In this document: piece by piece, positions 40,259-51,717 of the stretch
Numbering within the stretch: position 1 is the stretch's first letter
Layout of the letters: every line of letters begins with the position of its first letter
Assembly: GCF_018350175.1 (NCBI RefSeq)
Contig: NC_058368.1
Span: 168,270,001 to 168,334,000, forward strand
Source: Felis catus
Lineage: Eukaryota
Direction: 5' to 3'
DNA length: 64,000 nucleotides
Notes under the pieces: model-generated
Told to the model about the DNA's origin: nothing
What the model saw: the letters and a program-made list of their open reading frames with translations, nothing else
The model's database searches: none
Translations under genes and position numbers: made by a program

Positions 40259-40909
40259 CCCACCGCCGCAGCGGGGCTGCTTACACGGGGTACAGGCGGG
40301 GACCCCGGCCCCCTTCCGCTTACACACCATCTCTGGGGGCGTAGGGGGCTCGGCCGGCGGCGGCGGCCCCCGGAAGAGTTGCACGGCAGCGGGCGGCCCC
40401 AGGAAGCGCACGGGCCCCACGCTGGCCAAGAAGAGGCTCCGGCCCTGCTGCTCCCAGGCGGCGGCCGCGGCCAGCCCCAGCTCTTTGCAGCAGGAGGCGG
40501 GCGACGAGGCCGAGGCGGCGGCGGCGGCGGCGGCAGCGGCAGAGGATAGCAGGAAGCGGCGGGCGGCGGCAGCGCAGTCCTCGGCAGCCAGGGCCGCGTA
40601 GCGCCGCGCCAGGTGCTGCGAGGAGGCGGCCGCGGCGTAGGCCCCGTCCCGCGGCGGCGGCGAGAGCGGCGGCTCCTCCTCTGGGCCGGCGGGGGCGGGC
40701 GCGCCGGGGCTGTGCACGATGAAGCAGAGCATGCAGGGCCCGCGGAAGAAGCAGTCCCGGCTCCGGGGCGCCGCCGGCTGGGGGGGCGCCTTGGCCGGGG
40801 TCCGGCGGGGCAGCCTGAGGAGAGGGCGGCGGCGGCGGCACCAGCTGCAACAGCGAGGCCTCTTCTGGTTCGGGCGGTTACGCGGCTCCTTCGAGAGAAG
40901 GTGGCCCAT
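39923..40909 (-). CDS. FBXL17: FBXL17 coding exon 1 (329 codons; Pro/Ala/Gly-rich N-terminus and start of the F-box, ...PDINQLPPSILLK)
   Basis: ATG at 40909 gives MGHLLSKEPRNRP..., which I recognise as the FBXL17 N-terminus. Open frame of 987 nt ending AAG|GTGGGT donor, phase 0; joins exon 2 in frame to form an F-box (LPPSILLK-IFSNL...). Confidence 0.95.
40223..40267 (-). repeat. Coding GGN repeat (poly-Gly, 15 codons, including 9 uninterrupted GGC)
   Basis: (GCC)n run on the plus strand inside exon 1. Confidence 0.9.
40514..40540 (-). repeat. Coding GCN repeat (poly-Ala, 9 codons)
   Basis: (GGC)n run on the plus strand inside exon 1. Confidence 0.9.
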
Positions 40910-41226
40910 ATAGAAGGCCCCGAGGAGGGGGACCGGGACAGGGAAGTAAGGAGGCCCCGAAAGGCGAGCTCCGGCCGCGGGGCAGGCCGCTCTCTGGCTC
41001 GGCCTCAGGCCCGCTGCGGGGTCGCCCGCCCTGCGCACACACACGCACACACGGGCACACACGCGACGGTGGGGGGTGGGCGTCAGCTGCGGGCCGCCCG
41101 GGCGCCCGACGGGGGCTACATGCTTTGCCCCGGGAAGCCGGGAGAACGATGGGCGCGAGCTTTGGGGACGCGACGGAGGGAGCGAGCCTGCCGGCTGGGC
41201 GACCAGTCCAAGCCTGGTTCGCCGGC

Positions 41227-41277
41227 TCAGTCAGTCAGTGCGGCGGCGGGGGGAACGCGAGGTCCCGCTCGGACCAT
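41227..41277 (-). promoter_or_regulatory. Candidate uORF, 16 aa (MVRAGPRVPPAAALTD)
   Basis: AAA-ATG-G strong Kozak context at 41277, TGA at 41229-41227; needs the TSS to lie upstream of 41277. Confidence 0.55.
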
Positions 41278-41569
41278 TTTAACTGCGGCTCCGCCGGCGG
41301 CGCGCGCGCCCGCGACACTGCTCGGAGCCGCAGGAGCGCGCGGCCCGCTCGAGGAGGGGGCGGAGCTGGCGGCGGCGGCGGCGCGCTCGGGGCGGGCGGG
41401 CGCGCGGGCGCCCGGCTGCTCACCGGGGACGGCCGCTAGGCAGGGACTGCTGGGAAGAAGCGGACCGGCTGGCGCGCGGGGTTGTCGGGGAGCGGCGCGC
41501 GCCCCTCCCTCCCTCGCCCAAGGTTTCGCGGAGGCCGCTGGGCCCACGCCTCTTTTCTGAGGCGGGAGG

Positions 41570-41820
41570 AGACGCTTCCGAGCCAGCTGTGTGACATCCG
41601 TTTGCTGACGTCTGTAGGTGTAAGTTCAAGAACTGCCATTGGCCGGGAGCCGCTGCGCTCTTCCCCTCAACCCCCTCCCCCAGACTCGGATACCGAGACC
41701 ACTGAGGAGCTGTAAACAGGGTTCCGCCGGAAGCCCACTTGGCTCCCTGGTAGCCTCTCCGGTGCAGTACTAGATGCGTGGCCCTTGGGTGGTGTGCCCC
41801 TGTGTTCTCACGTGAGTGGC
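41570..41820. promoter_or_regulatory. Proximal promoter motif cluster (CRE-like, CCAAT, FOX, ETS, E-box)
   Basis: TGACGTCT 41606-41613; ATTGG (CCAAT on minus) 41638-41642; TGTAAACA 41711-41718; CCGGAAG 41727-41733; palindrome CTCACGTGAG 41807-41816. Motif matches only; occupancy unknown. Confidence 0.5.
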
Positions 41821-43079
41821 TAATTAGTGGTGCCGCAACCGCTGTGTATTTCACTTGTGTTTATACTTGTTGCTTGTGGCCAACTGCAGAGTTCATAACT
41901 TTATTTCAAAGTGAAAGCGTATATCGCGTTACTTTTGCACGCCAAAAAGATACAAAGTTTCCCAACCGAGTGAGTCATCCGGCATTCCAGACTACAAGCT
42001 ACAGAGGACTATCGTCTGCACTCCTGGAGTCCCATCGACCACCCGTCGTATACCTTGAAAATGATTGTGCAGTGCCTACTGTAGGATAAAGCGTTCTGAA
42101 CGGACCTTGATGATCCCCAAGAGAAAGAGGGAATAGGCTTTGCAGACAGCCATTTACAAGCTTTGAGTGTAATGGGATCCAAGAAGCAGGACAATGATCA
42201 GAGCAGTACCTAGTATTGAGAGAAGGTTAGGTTTCACGAGGGACAAATTCGAAGAGGCTTAAATGATGGGAATGCGTCAGTATAAGGGAGGAGATAAGCC
42301 AGCAAGGCCCCTGAGATGGTGGAATGGCAGAGTATCTTAGGAGGAGTATCGTCTTCACTGATTGGGAGGAATAGGGAAAGATACATAAAAAATGGCTACA
42401 GATAGGGAGATATGAAAGTGAGAAAGTTCCTGTCACATAGTCTCTATTTTCCTTTTAAGTGGAGCCTGCTTACCTGCTGGAAGAGTGGAGGCAAAGTGGC
42501 AGGTGTTTTTAAAAGCTGCTAAGGATAACTTGAGAAAACTAAGGAAGCAATTATTTCAAGATTCAAGGCCAATCAGTGTAGAGACCATTGTCTGAGTCTG
42601 TGTGACTCCCACCCCTGTGGCCAACCTCCCCCAGCCTTTGCTCAAACGTACCATCCAACCTTTGCTAATAACGGCTTCTTTGTCAAGAATGACTTTTATT
42701 TTAGACCTTCCAGCACTCAGGGATCTCCATTTCTGAGCTTGATCACAGCCAGGTAGAATCCTTGGGAACCTAGAGGCAAATACTTGTCGGAGGGTTTTTA
42801 CGTATCACTCACTATCAGAAGGCACTGCCCAAACTACGTTTCTGCAGATGTTATACACACAGCTTTCATCCCTCTGGGACTGTATAGGAATCTTCTCTGG
42901 CTCCAGAGGTTCAATACTGAGGAGGAGAATTAAGAGGTGACAGGGGTTGCCTGAGGCCTTGTAACAACAGGCCTTTGCAATCTCTACCAAGCTGCACTCT
43001 GAACAAAAGTTGATGTTCTAAATCTTCTTATTACTTAATGTCAAGATTATGGACCCATTAGTTTCCTATTAATTAAACA

Positions 43080-43300
43080 TGCACTATGACATAACAATTC
43101 CACTCCCGTATTTACTCAAATATAAAAGCCTATATGCACAAAAAGACCTGCACAAAATATTCATAGCAGTTTTACTCATGATCAGCAAAATCTGTAAACA
43201 ACCCAGATGTCCATCAGTAGAGAATGGATAAATAAGCTGGTACACTAATTTGATGGACTATTACTCAGTAATTAAAAAGAAAGGAAAAAAAAAAAACATG
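43080..43300 (+). mobile_element. Old L1 3' fragment
   Basis: caattccactcc...aaacaacccagatgtccatca..gaatggataaataa. Confidence 0.7.
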
Positions 43301-44163
43301 GATAAATGTCCCAAACTTAGGCTAAATCAGATTCTCGAGTTGGGGTGCTCAAATCTCTACCTGATTTTAACAAGCTCCCCACATGATCACTACCCAGCTT
43401 GACACCATGCAGATCTATCAGAACTGCACATATAATGTGCAGTTAACTCCCAACTTCTTAGCTTTCAGAATATGAGGCAAGTGACTGAAATTGTTGAAAG
43501 GGTTTCTGAAATTCACAGAACTAATTCTTCCAATTCCAGAGGCATTCAACTACAAACAGGTGGCTGTTTCTCTCTTTACCACAGCATGTAGCAATCTTGT
43601 GTATTTTAGTAATGATTAAATAAGCTACTGCTGTGGTCATCAGAGCTGTGATGAGTTTTAGAACTAAGTATCCTAAATAATAACACTGATAAATATTCAG
43701 TTATGGATATAACTGGCTTGGAACTCTTAGCTAGGCCTTGGTGTCTCTGGCATTCTCAGCTAGGTCTGAGTGTTCTGTTGAACGTAAACAATATTACAAA
43801 ACATCAATATCAGTCATGGCCACTCTGTAACCATAATAGACAGGCCCAATATAAGACCCCTCCTGGATAGCTCAATTGGTTAAGTGTCTGACTTCGACTT
43901 AGGGCATGATCTTACAGTTTGTGGGTTCAAGCCCCATGTCAGGCTCTATGATGACCTCTCTAAAACTAAAAATAAATTAAAAAAAAAAAAAAGAAAAGAC
44001 TCCTCTATAATTCTGTCTAAACAAAGCAAATACAAGAACATTCTTCAAACCACAAAAATGACCAAGCATTTCTGGTTAATATAAATGACCTGTTTCTTGA
44101 CCTATTACAACCTACCCTTGCTCTATTCTTCTACTAGAAAACAGTTATTAAAATATTCCATCA

Positions 44164-44323
44164 GGGGCGCCTGGGTGGCTCAGTCAGTTAAGCATCCGAC
44201 TTCGGCTCAGGTCACGATCTCACGGTTCGTGAGTTCGAGCCCCACGTCAGGCTCTGTGCTGACAGCTTGGAGCCTGGAGCCTGCTTCAGATTCTGTGTCC
44301 TCTCTCTCCCTGCCCCTCCCCCC

Positions 44324-44379
<56 letters not shown>

Positions 44380-44415
44380 GTCTCAAAAATAAACATTCAA
44401 AAAATTTAAAAAAAT
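44164..44415 (+). mobile_element. Can-SINE with long (CT)n
   Basis: TSD taaaatattccatca. Confidence 0.93.
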
Positions 44416-45820
44416 AAAATATTCCATCATAGAATTACCTCTGCTTCCTGACAGCAGCCAATCCAGAGGAAAGCCTTGAACCTTTCTAGAATCACCTAAC
44501 ACAAGCCCAGTTATATCTTTTACAACACCTTTTTACTGAGATTCTCCACAGTTCCTCTTGTTATACTGTGTCCTTGTGACAAGTCAATAAACCCAACTTG
44601 GTTTGACTATGGGTATATTCCTGCTGACATTGGCTGAAGGTCATTAACATTTGTTATAATCAAAGGTCACCACCCTAACTAAAATTACTTCCTCTTGATG
44701 CACACACTCTGAATTTATAGTGCTATATGTCAGTTATATCCCATTAAAACTGAATCACTCCCTCCTTTAATCTTTCCTTTTACCCTAATTCTATTTTCTT
44801 TACATTCAATATCACATGTTTATTTTGACTTTTTTTTTTCTTTTTTTACTTTCAGTCCCTTCCACTAGAATGTAAACTCCATGAGGACAGGAACTTTGTT
44901 CAGTTTTTAGGAGCATAATCTGGTAACTGTATAAAAGAAGGGCTAGAGAAGGAAGAGGCTCTTAGCAGGAAGACTAGTTAAGATTGTTCAAAAGATCAAT
45001 GGAGAGAACTTAAAAGCATGAATTAAGGCAATCATTGTGGGGAAAATGAAGTAGGGGTAGGATTGAAAATTATTTCTTATGTGGAGTTTTCAGGGTTTTG
45101 TAATTTATGAATAAGGTAGAGAAGAGGGGATGATGTATAGGGAGGGAAGGAAGAACACCGAAATAGTGACTTGTATATTTAAGTTATTTTATTAATGTAT
45201 AAATAATTGTGAAATAGTTCTATAATATAAAATATTTTCATATTTGAATAAAGCTCTTACCTAAGGTAGACATGTGTTATGACATAGAATCACACTGAAA
45301 GCCAGTATATAGATTTAAAATGTTGAAAGGACAGCTTTTCGTTTAAAGCCTTTTCTTTCTTCTTTGCTGACCAAGAATGTACCTACTTTGAAATTCACAC
45401 TTGCCTATAAGAAGACACTTATGTATAAAATACTTTAATGCTTGCATTTGAGTAATGATGGTTGTTGTAAATAGCTACAACATCCTATAGTTCCAGGGAT
45501 ACAAGTAGAACACAAGTAACATGCTATTGATCCCACTGATTGTGGTATGTTCAACAGATGACCTAAAAGAACACTCTTTAGGAGAACACCTTCTTTTATA
45601 CGTGGAAAAAGCATACAGCACCCCAAGCGTTCAATAAATTTAATTCCTTATTGGCCTTCTTTTTGAAATACTCAAAAACAAAGATAATACACAGATCGGC
45701 TTTTCAAATACTCAAAGCCAAAGATAATAGAGAAAACAAGCTTTTGGAGAACTCCCAGGAGGACAATCTGTACTCTTCCATAGTTTGTTTCAGACATGAT
45801 ATAAAAGTTCAGCTGCTGCT

Positions 45821-45927
45821 GGGGCGCCTGGCTGGTGCAGTCAGTAGAGCATACCACTCTTGATCTCAGGGTCATGATTGAAGCCCCATGTTGGGCATAG
45901 AGCTTATTAAAAAAAAAAAAAAAAAAA
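45821..45927 (+). mobile_element. Short Can-SINE
   Basis: Pure A tail; TSD aaaagttcagctgctgc. Confidence 0.9.
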
Positions 45928-46199
45928 AGTTCAGCTGCTGCCTGTACTGTTCTTCCCTCAGCTCATCTCATGACTGATTGATGCTCATCTTCTGGGTCTC
46001 AGCCCAGATATCACCTGTCACAAGAGCTCTTCCCTAGTTGTTCTGTCACAGTACATTGTTCATTTCCTTCACAGCAGCTACCGCAGTCTGCGGTTGCAGT
46101 GTTTCAGCATTGGTCGACTGTTGCCTACATCAGAATTAAGCCCTACTCCCAAATTAAGTTTACTCCTGAGTCGCCAGCACCTACAGTTGCTAATCAGTT

Positions 46200-46645
46200 G
46201 CATTTTAAAGAGAGAGTATTTTGAGTAAGTATGGTGTAATCAGGTAAACTCTTTAAAAGTAAGTCTAGAATTCAGAGTCAAGGACAAGTCAGAGAGATTC
46301 AAAGCAGCAACAGACGCTTTACTATTGGCCTTGAAGAACCCAACTCCCAAGTTGTGGAGAGGACTATGTGGCCCCGAGGAACTAAGTAGCCCTGGTTGAT
46401 GGCCAGCAAGAAGGCCAGGCCTCAGTCCTGTAGAATCCTGAATTATGCCAACAAATACGTAAGCTTAGAAGAAGATCCTGAGCTGCAGAAGGAACACAGA
46501 CCCACTAACACCTTGATTTCAGCCTTGTAAGAACCTGAGCAAAGAATCCAGTTGGCCCCTTGCCAAAACTTCTGATGTACGTAACTATGAAATAATAAAC
46601 AAGTGCTGTCTTAAATACTACATTTGTGATAATTTGTTGTTGTGG
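46200..46645 (+). mobile_element. MLT1 (MaLR) LTR remnant
   Basis: acaccttgatttcagccttg...aactatgaaataataaac..tgtgataatttgtt. Confidence 0.7.
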
Positions 46646-47586
46646 GAATAGGAAATGTATTCAGCCAGCAAACATAGTCCTCTGGAAACCAAGACTTAAG
46701 ATAGTCTACCAGGAGAAAGCAAACAATTGATACCTCTTCAAAGATTCATTCAGGGTCATGAAAGCAACCAACCAGGACTTAATACAGTGAATTCCTTGTT
46801 CTCCCACCTTTATATGAATTAAAGCAATAATTGAGGCAAAGCTGAGGCTTTAGTTTTCTTTCTCTCTTTTGCTTAAGAATCACATATTTATCTTCTACTT
46901 GAATTAATACACCACAAAGATGTTCTTCCATTTATACTTCCTCAATTCTGTGTCCAGCTACATTCTACATTGTAATTGATATTTTCTCACTTTCTACTGC
47001 TAAGACAGGAACTTTAGATAAAAGGATTGAGGTTACATGTGTTTCCCTAACAAATTTTATATTTATCCTCAAGTTTAAAAGTTCTTATTATATAATTTTA
47101 AAATAGTTACCTACTTGCTCACAATAAACAAAGAAAGGCCAGATAATTAAAATTACTTTTAATTACTCAGAAATAGCAAGCCACAATTCCACATGTTAAC
47201 AATTTGTAGGCATCAGTACAACAGTTAACTGAATGTCAGTGCTCTGGCCTTGTTTGCTTCACTTCCACGTCTGATTATTTGTCGCAGGTTGCCTCTTCCT
47301 AGCCCATTCCCATTCATAACCAGCATCCACAAACTGAAGGGACTAAAAAAAACATTCAAGTTACATGTGTAATGCCTTCCTGGCACAGGTTGAGGACAGA
47401 GGAAGGGTGGCAGGAGTGGTGATGTGGGGGTCAAACTCACCTCTCCTCTGATATTCCCATACTGCTGGCTGTATTAATCCCTGGATTGGGGGAAGTTTAT
47501 GTTGCCTCCTTAGCCAAGTGTTCAGACATTGTTTTTTGTCTCAGGGAATGAATAATATGCCTCGGATATAGAAAGGGATAAAAGCA

Positions 47587-47712
47587 CTTTTTTTTTTTAA
47601 GTAGGTGTTAAATGGAGCCCAACACAGGGCTTGAACTCACGATTTTGAGATCAAGACCTGAGCTGAGATCAAGAGTAGGCCACTTAAACAACTGAGCCAC
47701 TTAGGTGCCCCA
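47587..47712 (-). mobile_element. Short Can-SINE
   Basis: Poly-T and reverse head. Confidence 0.85.
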
Positions 47713-48362
47713 GGATGAAAGTATTTTTTTCAGTTATTTTTCTTCTCTAAAAATAGACAGTTAGGGTCATACCCATGTGTGAAAGCAATGGAAGAATGAT
47801 TTGGAAATCTCTTTAACCTCATAAATTACATAAATTCCCTCAACTTTCTGGAAGGACACTTCATCAATATATCACCTTTGTTATATTAAGTAGCATTGGG
47901 TTTCACTTCTGTTCTACTTGCTTTTTAATTATATATTACATTTTTTAATCATTTTAAATTTAGTTTGTTAGTTTAGTATCTTTGTCCATTATGCTCACAG
48001 TATGTGATAATGCAAATGCATCAGTCCAGTTTGGGGTCCATTATTTTCTACTAACTACATGTTAAGATCCAAGGAGAGGGACTAAAAATTATGTTGTCTA
48101 TAACACAGTTGTTAAAGCAAACATAAACATAATCTTTTTTAGATGTGCTTGGTCAGTAACGCTTGCTTTTGAGTCCCCTCTCCTACCCCCATCTGAAAAA
48201 TGGGTGTGTGTAAAATGTGGATGTCAGGGTCTTTTGTCACCGCCAAGAGAACTGATCCCAAAAGCTTGAGAACCACTCTTTTAGGAAGCATACTGTCCTT
48301 TGTGACTTCTTTTCCTCTCCCCATCACCTTGTATATTAATTTCAGTCTTATTTTCTGGAAGA

Positions 48363-48364
48363 GT

Positions 48365-48416
<52 letters not shown>
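48363..48416. repeat. (TG)n microsatellite
   Basis: About 22 uninterrupted TG units after one interruption. Confidence 0.95.
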
Positions 48417-48417
<1 letters not shown>

Positions 48418-49242
48418 GGGAAGTCAGGACTTCTTCCCAGTTCCTATTGTTTTCCCAGTGATTTTCCCTGATACATCAACATATTTACTCTGTTTTCTTC
48501 CATGTTTGTAAAAATTGACAGCCCTGAACATAAATGAATTAGGTCTAGCTTGAATAATTTGAATCTTTATTAGACTGTACATCAAAGGTGTTTCACTGCT
48601 GGCCGACTGACAGGTAACAAGTGCAGATAGTGATAGATGCCATTTTTAAGGGCTGTAGACCTAGAGGAACTATTTCTAAAATTAAGATAGTCACTTTCCA
48701 TGTCAATTTTGAAAGGATAATAGTTCCTCAGTCACCAACCCTGTACACATTCTTATAAATTAAAAAAAAAAGAAGAAGAAAATTTACTTTAGAAGTCTTA
48801 GGGCCACCAAAATGTGTTAGGATCTTCACCAAAAAGGTATGTGAAACACATAGTCAGTAGAAAGTGACTAGAATCTATAAAGAATTACAAGAAAGTTTGT
48901 TATTTCAGAAGAAACTCTAATTCTAAGGGAAATTAACCCTAAGACCTAGTTTAAATTGTATTGCCTATTTCATGCTGTTTCATCTACTTTCATTAACAAC
49001 CAGCCTCCCATCACCCCTGAAATGTCTGTCTCATTTCTGACTATGCCTTGCTATTCCAGACTACACCTCAATAATATTGAGATTTGCTTCATAGTCTCTT
49101 CTTAGAGATGTAGTTTTGGAGAAGAGTCTATGAAGAAAATTAACAATCCTTTTCAGGCACATTATAGGAAATATTTGCTAAGATCAAGTTGGATAATGAT
49201 TACTCTGGAAATTTTGAAGAGTGGGTTAATGGAGGAATAATG

Positions 49243-49245
49243 GTT

Positions 49246-49313
<68 letters not shown>

Positions 49314-49502
49314 TTTGAGACAGGGAGAGACAGAGCATGAACGGAGGAGGGTCAGAGAGAGAGGGAGACACGGAATCTGAAACAGGCTCCAGGCTCTGAG
49401 CTGTCAGCACAGAGCCCGACGTGGGGCTCGAACTCATGGACCATGAGATCATGACCTGAGCCGAAGTTGGATGCTTAACCAACTGAGCCACCCAGGCGCC
49501 CC
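49243..49502 (-). mobile_element. Can-SINE whose tail has become a (GAAA)n microsatellite
   Basis: (TTTC)n at about 49243-49312; TSD ggaataatggtttct. Confidence 0.93.
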
Positions 49503-49596
49503 GGAATAATGGTTTCTAAAATAGGGGGGTACCTGGTTGGCTCAGTAATGGGAGCATGTAACTCTTAGTCTCGGGATTATGAGTTTGAATCCCAAA

Positions 49597-49819
49597 TTTT
49601 TTTTTTAATTTTTTTTTCAACGTTTATTTATTTTTGGGACAGAGAGAGACAGAGCATGAACGGGGGAGGGGCAGAGAGAGAGGGAGACACAGAATCGGAA
49701 ACAGGCTCCAGGCTTTGAGCCATCAGCCCAGAGCCTGACGCGGGCTCGAACACCCGGACCGCGAGATGGTGACCTGGCTGAAGTCGGACGCTTAACCGAC
49801 TGCGCCACCCAGGCGCCCC
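49597..49819 (-). mobile_element. Young feline SINE nested inside an opposite-strand short SINE (49523-49885)
   Basis: TSD gaatcccaaatttt; the host SINE resumes (gtagagattact) after the insert. Confidence 0.92.
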
Positions 49820-50344
49820 GAATCCCAAATTTTGTAGAGATTACTAAAATAAATAAAAACTTTAAAAAAATTAAATAAAATAAAATATGAGCCTGGGAAG
49901 CCAATTTCTGGGAAGCCATCAGTTTTTAGACTACTGGAGGTATATGGGAATGTATATGTGTGAAAGAGCGAGAAAGAGAGAGAAGGCTTCTCCTTGTGTA
50001 TTATGCTACCATCAAAAGTAATTTTCAAGAAATACCAAACAATTTCTAACGTTAACTCAGTCTCTTCATTTTGTAGAGAAACTGATACATATAAGCAAGT
50101 AAGAGTTTTCAGGGTTGGAAAAATTCTTGCAGCCTTATGACTAGACTGAGATAGGCATTGGGGCTGGGTTTATAATCTCAGCCAAAAGAGAGAAAACTTG
50201 AAAGGACAAAACAAAAAAGACAATAGAGAAATGACTTTAACATTTTGGTGGGGTCTTTCTAATGGCACACAGTCCAGAAACTATCAATTCCTGTCCCTGA
50301 GACATAGACCTCAAAATCATTAAAGTAATTTAAATTGAACTCAT

Positions 50345-51355
50345 AATGCGGTATCATCACACACACCTACTACTAGAATGGCTAAAATTAAAAAGATTGA
50401 TCTAGCAAGTGTTGGCAAAGATGGGGAAAATGTAAAACTTTCATGTACTGATGGTAGAAATGCAAAATGGTAGCCACTTTGGAAAACATGCTGCCAGTTT
50501 CTTATAAAATTAAACACACAGTTACCATATGATCTAGCAATCTTAGTCCTAGGTATTTACCAAAGAGAAATAAAAAAGTATGTTTACACAAAAGTCTATA
50601 TGCAAATATTTATAGTAGCTTTATTTATAGTTATTAAAATCTGCACACAACTCATTTTTCCACTGCTGAATGGATACATTGTGTTATATCCACAACAATG
50701 GATAAATCTCAAACACATCTTGCTAAGTGAAAGAAGTTAGACTCGAAATGCTACATAGCATACGATTCCATTTATGTTACTTTCCCAAAAAGGCAAAACC
50801 GTAGGGACGGAAAATAGAGCCATGGTTACTAGAATGGAACTTTGGGGGGAGTTAGCAGTATTCTATAACTTGATTGTGGTGGTGCTTACAGGACTAAAAG
50901 CATTTGCCAAAACTCACAGAACTAACCACTAAAAAGGATGAAATTTACACTGCATAAATTATATGTCATTAAACTTAACTTTAAAATGAGGAACATAGGA
51001 CATTAATTTGTGAAACATCTAACCTAGACTCTTCAAAAATTCAATATTATAAAAACAAAAAGTAGGGTATCTGAACTATATTTAAATAGATTGAAGAAAG
51101 AAAAATACCAAATGAAATATATGAACCTAGAATGGATTCTGGTTTAAAATAATGTAACAAAACAACTAAGAAAATTATCTTTGTACGTATGGAATATTTG
51201 AATATAGACTGGGTTTTAGATGATATTATATAATTATTGTTAATTTTCTTAGGCATTAAAAGAATATGATTATATAGAAGAATGTCTTTTTTGTTAAGAG
51301 ACTCATACTAAAATATTTAAGGTAAAATATGATATTTATAACTTACTTTCAAATG
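50345..51355 (+). mobile_element. Old L1 3' fragments (L1MB/MC/ME-like)
   Basis: actagaatggctaaaattaaaaaga..caagtgttggcaaagatg..ccactttggaaaac..gattccatttat. Confidence 0.75.
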
Positions 51356-51397
51356 GTATTATAAAAAAGGGGGAAGGGAGACATGACAAATGCTGAT

Positions 51398-51607
51398 CTT
51401 TTTTTTTTTTAATGTTTGTTTATTTTTTGAGAGGGAGACAGAGCACGAGCAGGGGAGGAGCAGAGAGAGGTAGACACAGAATCTTAACAGGCTTCAGGCT
51501 CTGAGCTGTCAGCACAGAGACCAACATGGCCCTCGAACTCACAAACCGTGAGATCATGATCTAAGCTATAGTCAAAGGCTTAACCAGCTGAGCCACCCAG
51601 GTGCCCC
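51398..51607 (-). mobile_element. Can-SINE
   Basis: TSD aaat(g/a)ctgatc. Confidence 0.9.
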
Positions 51608-51717
51608 AAATACTGATCATTTTCAAAACTAGGTGAGGAATCTGTTGACCTGAGTTGTGCTTATCAGAAAAATGTCTTCTTAGTGATAACAGTCTGATCT
51701 AAAATACTACCATTATT

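Larger units (their letters stand above)
39800..41850. promoter_or_regulatory. CpG island covering the FBXL17 promoter, 5' UTR and exon 1
   Basis: Abrupt switch from AT-rich, CpG-poor DNA to very GC-rich, CpG-dense, repeat-free sequence spanning the first exon. Confidence 0.93.

Noticed and set aside
39815..41062. 415-aa ORF as a single-exon gene
   Set aside because: It is FBXL17 exon 1 plus a GTG-started upstream stretch and read-through past the splice donor at 39922.
39840..41410. G-quadruplex-like G-runs
   Set aside because: Expected at this GC content, and most lie on the non-mRNA strand; nothing distinctive.
39973..41560. Long plus-strand and alternate-frame ORFs (up to 315 aa) in the CpG island
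   Set aside because: Low-complexity Arg/Gly/Ala/Pro translations expected from stop-poor GC-rich DNA; no recognisable domain.
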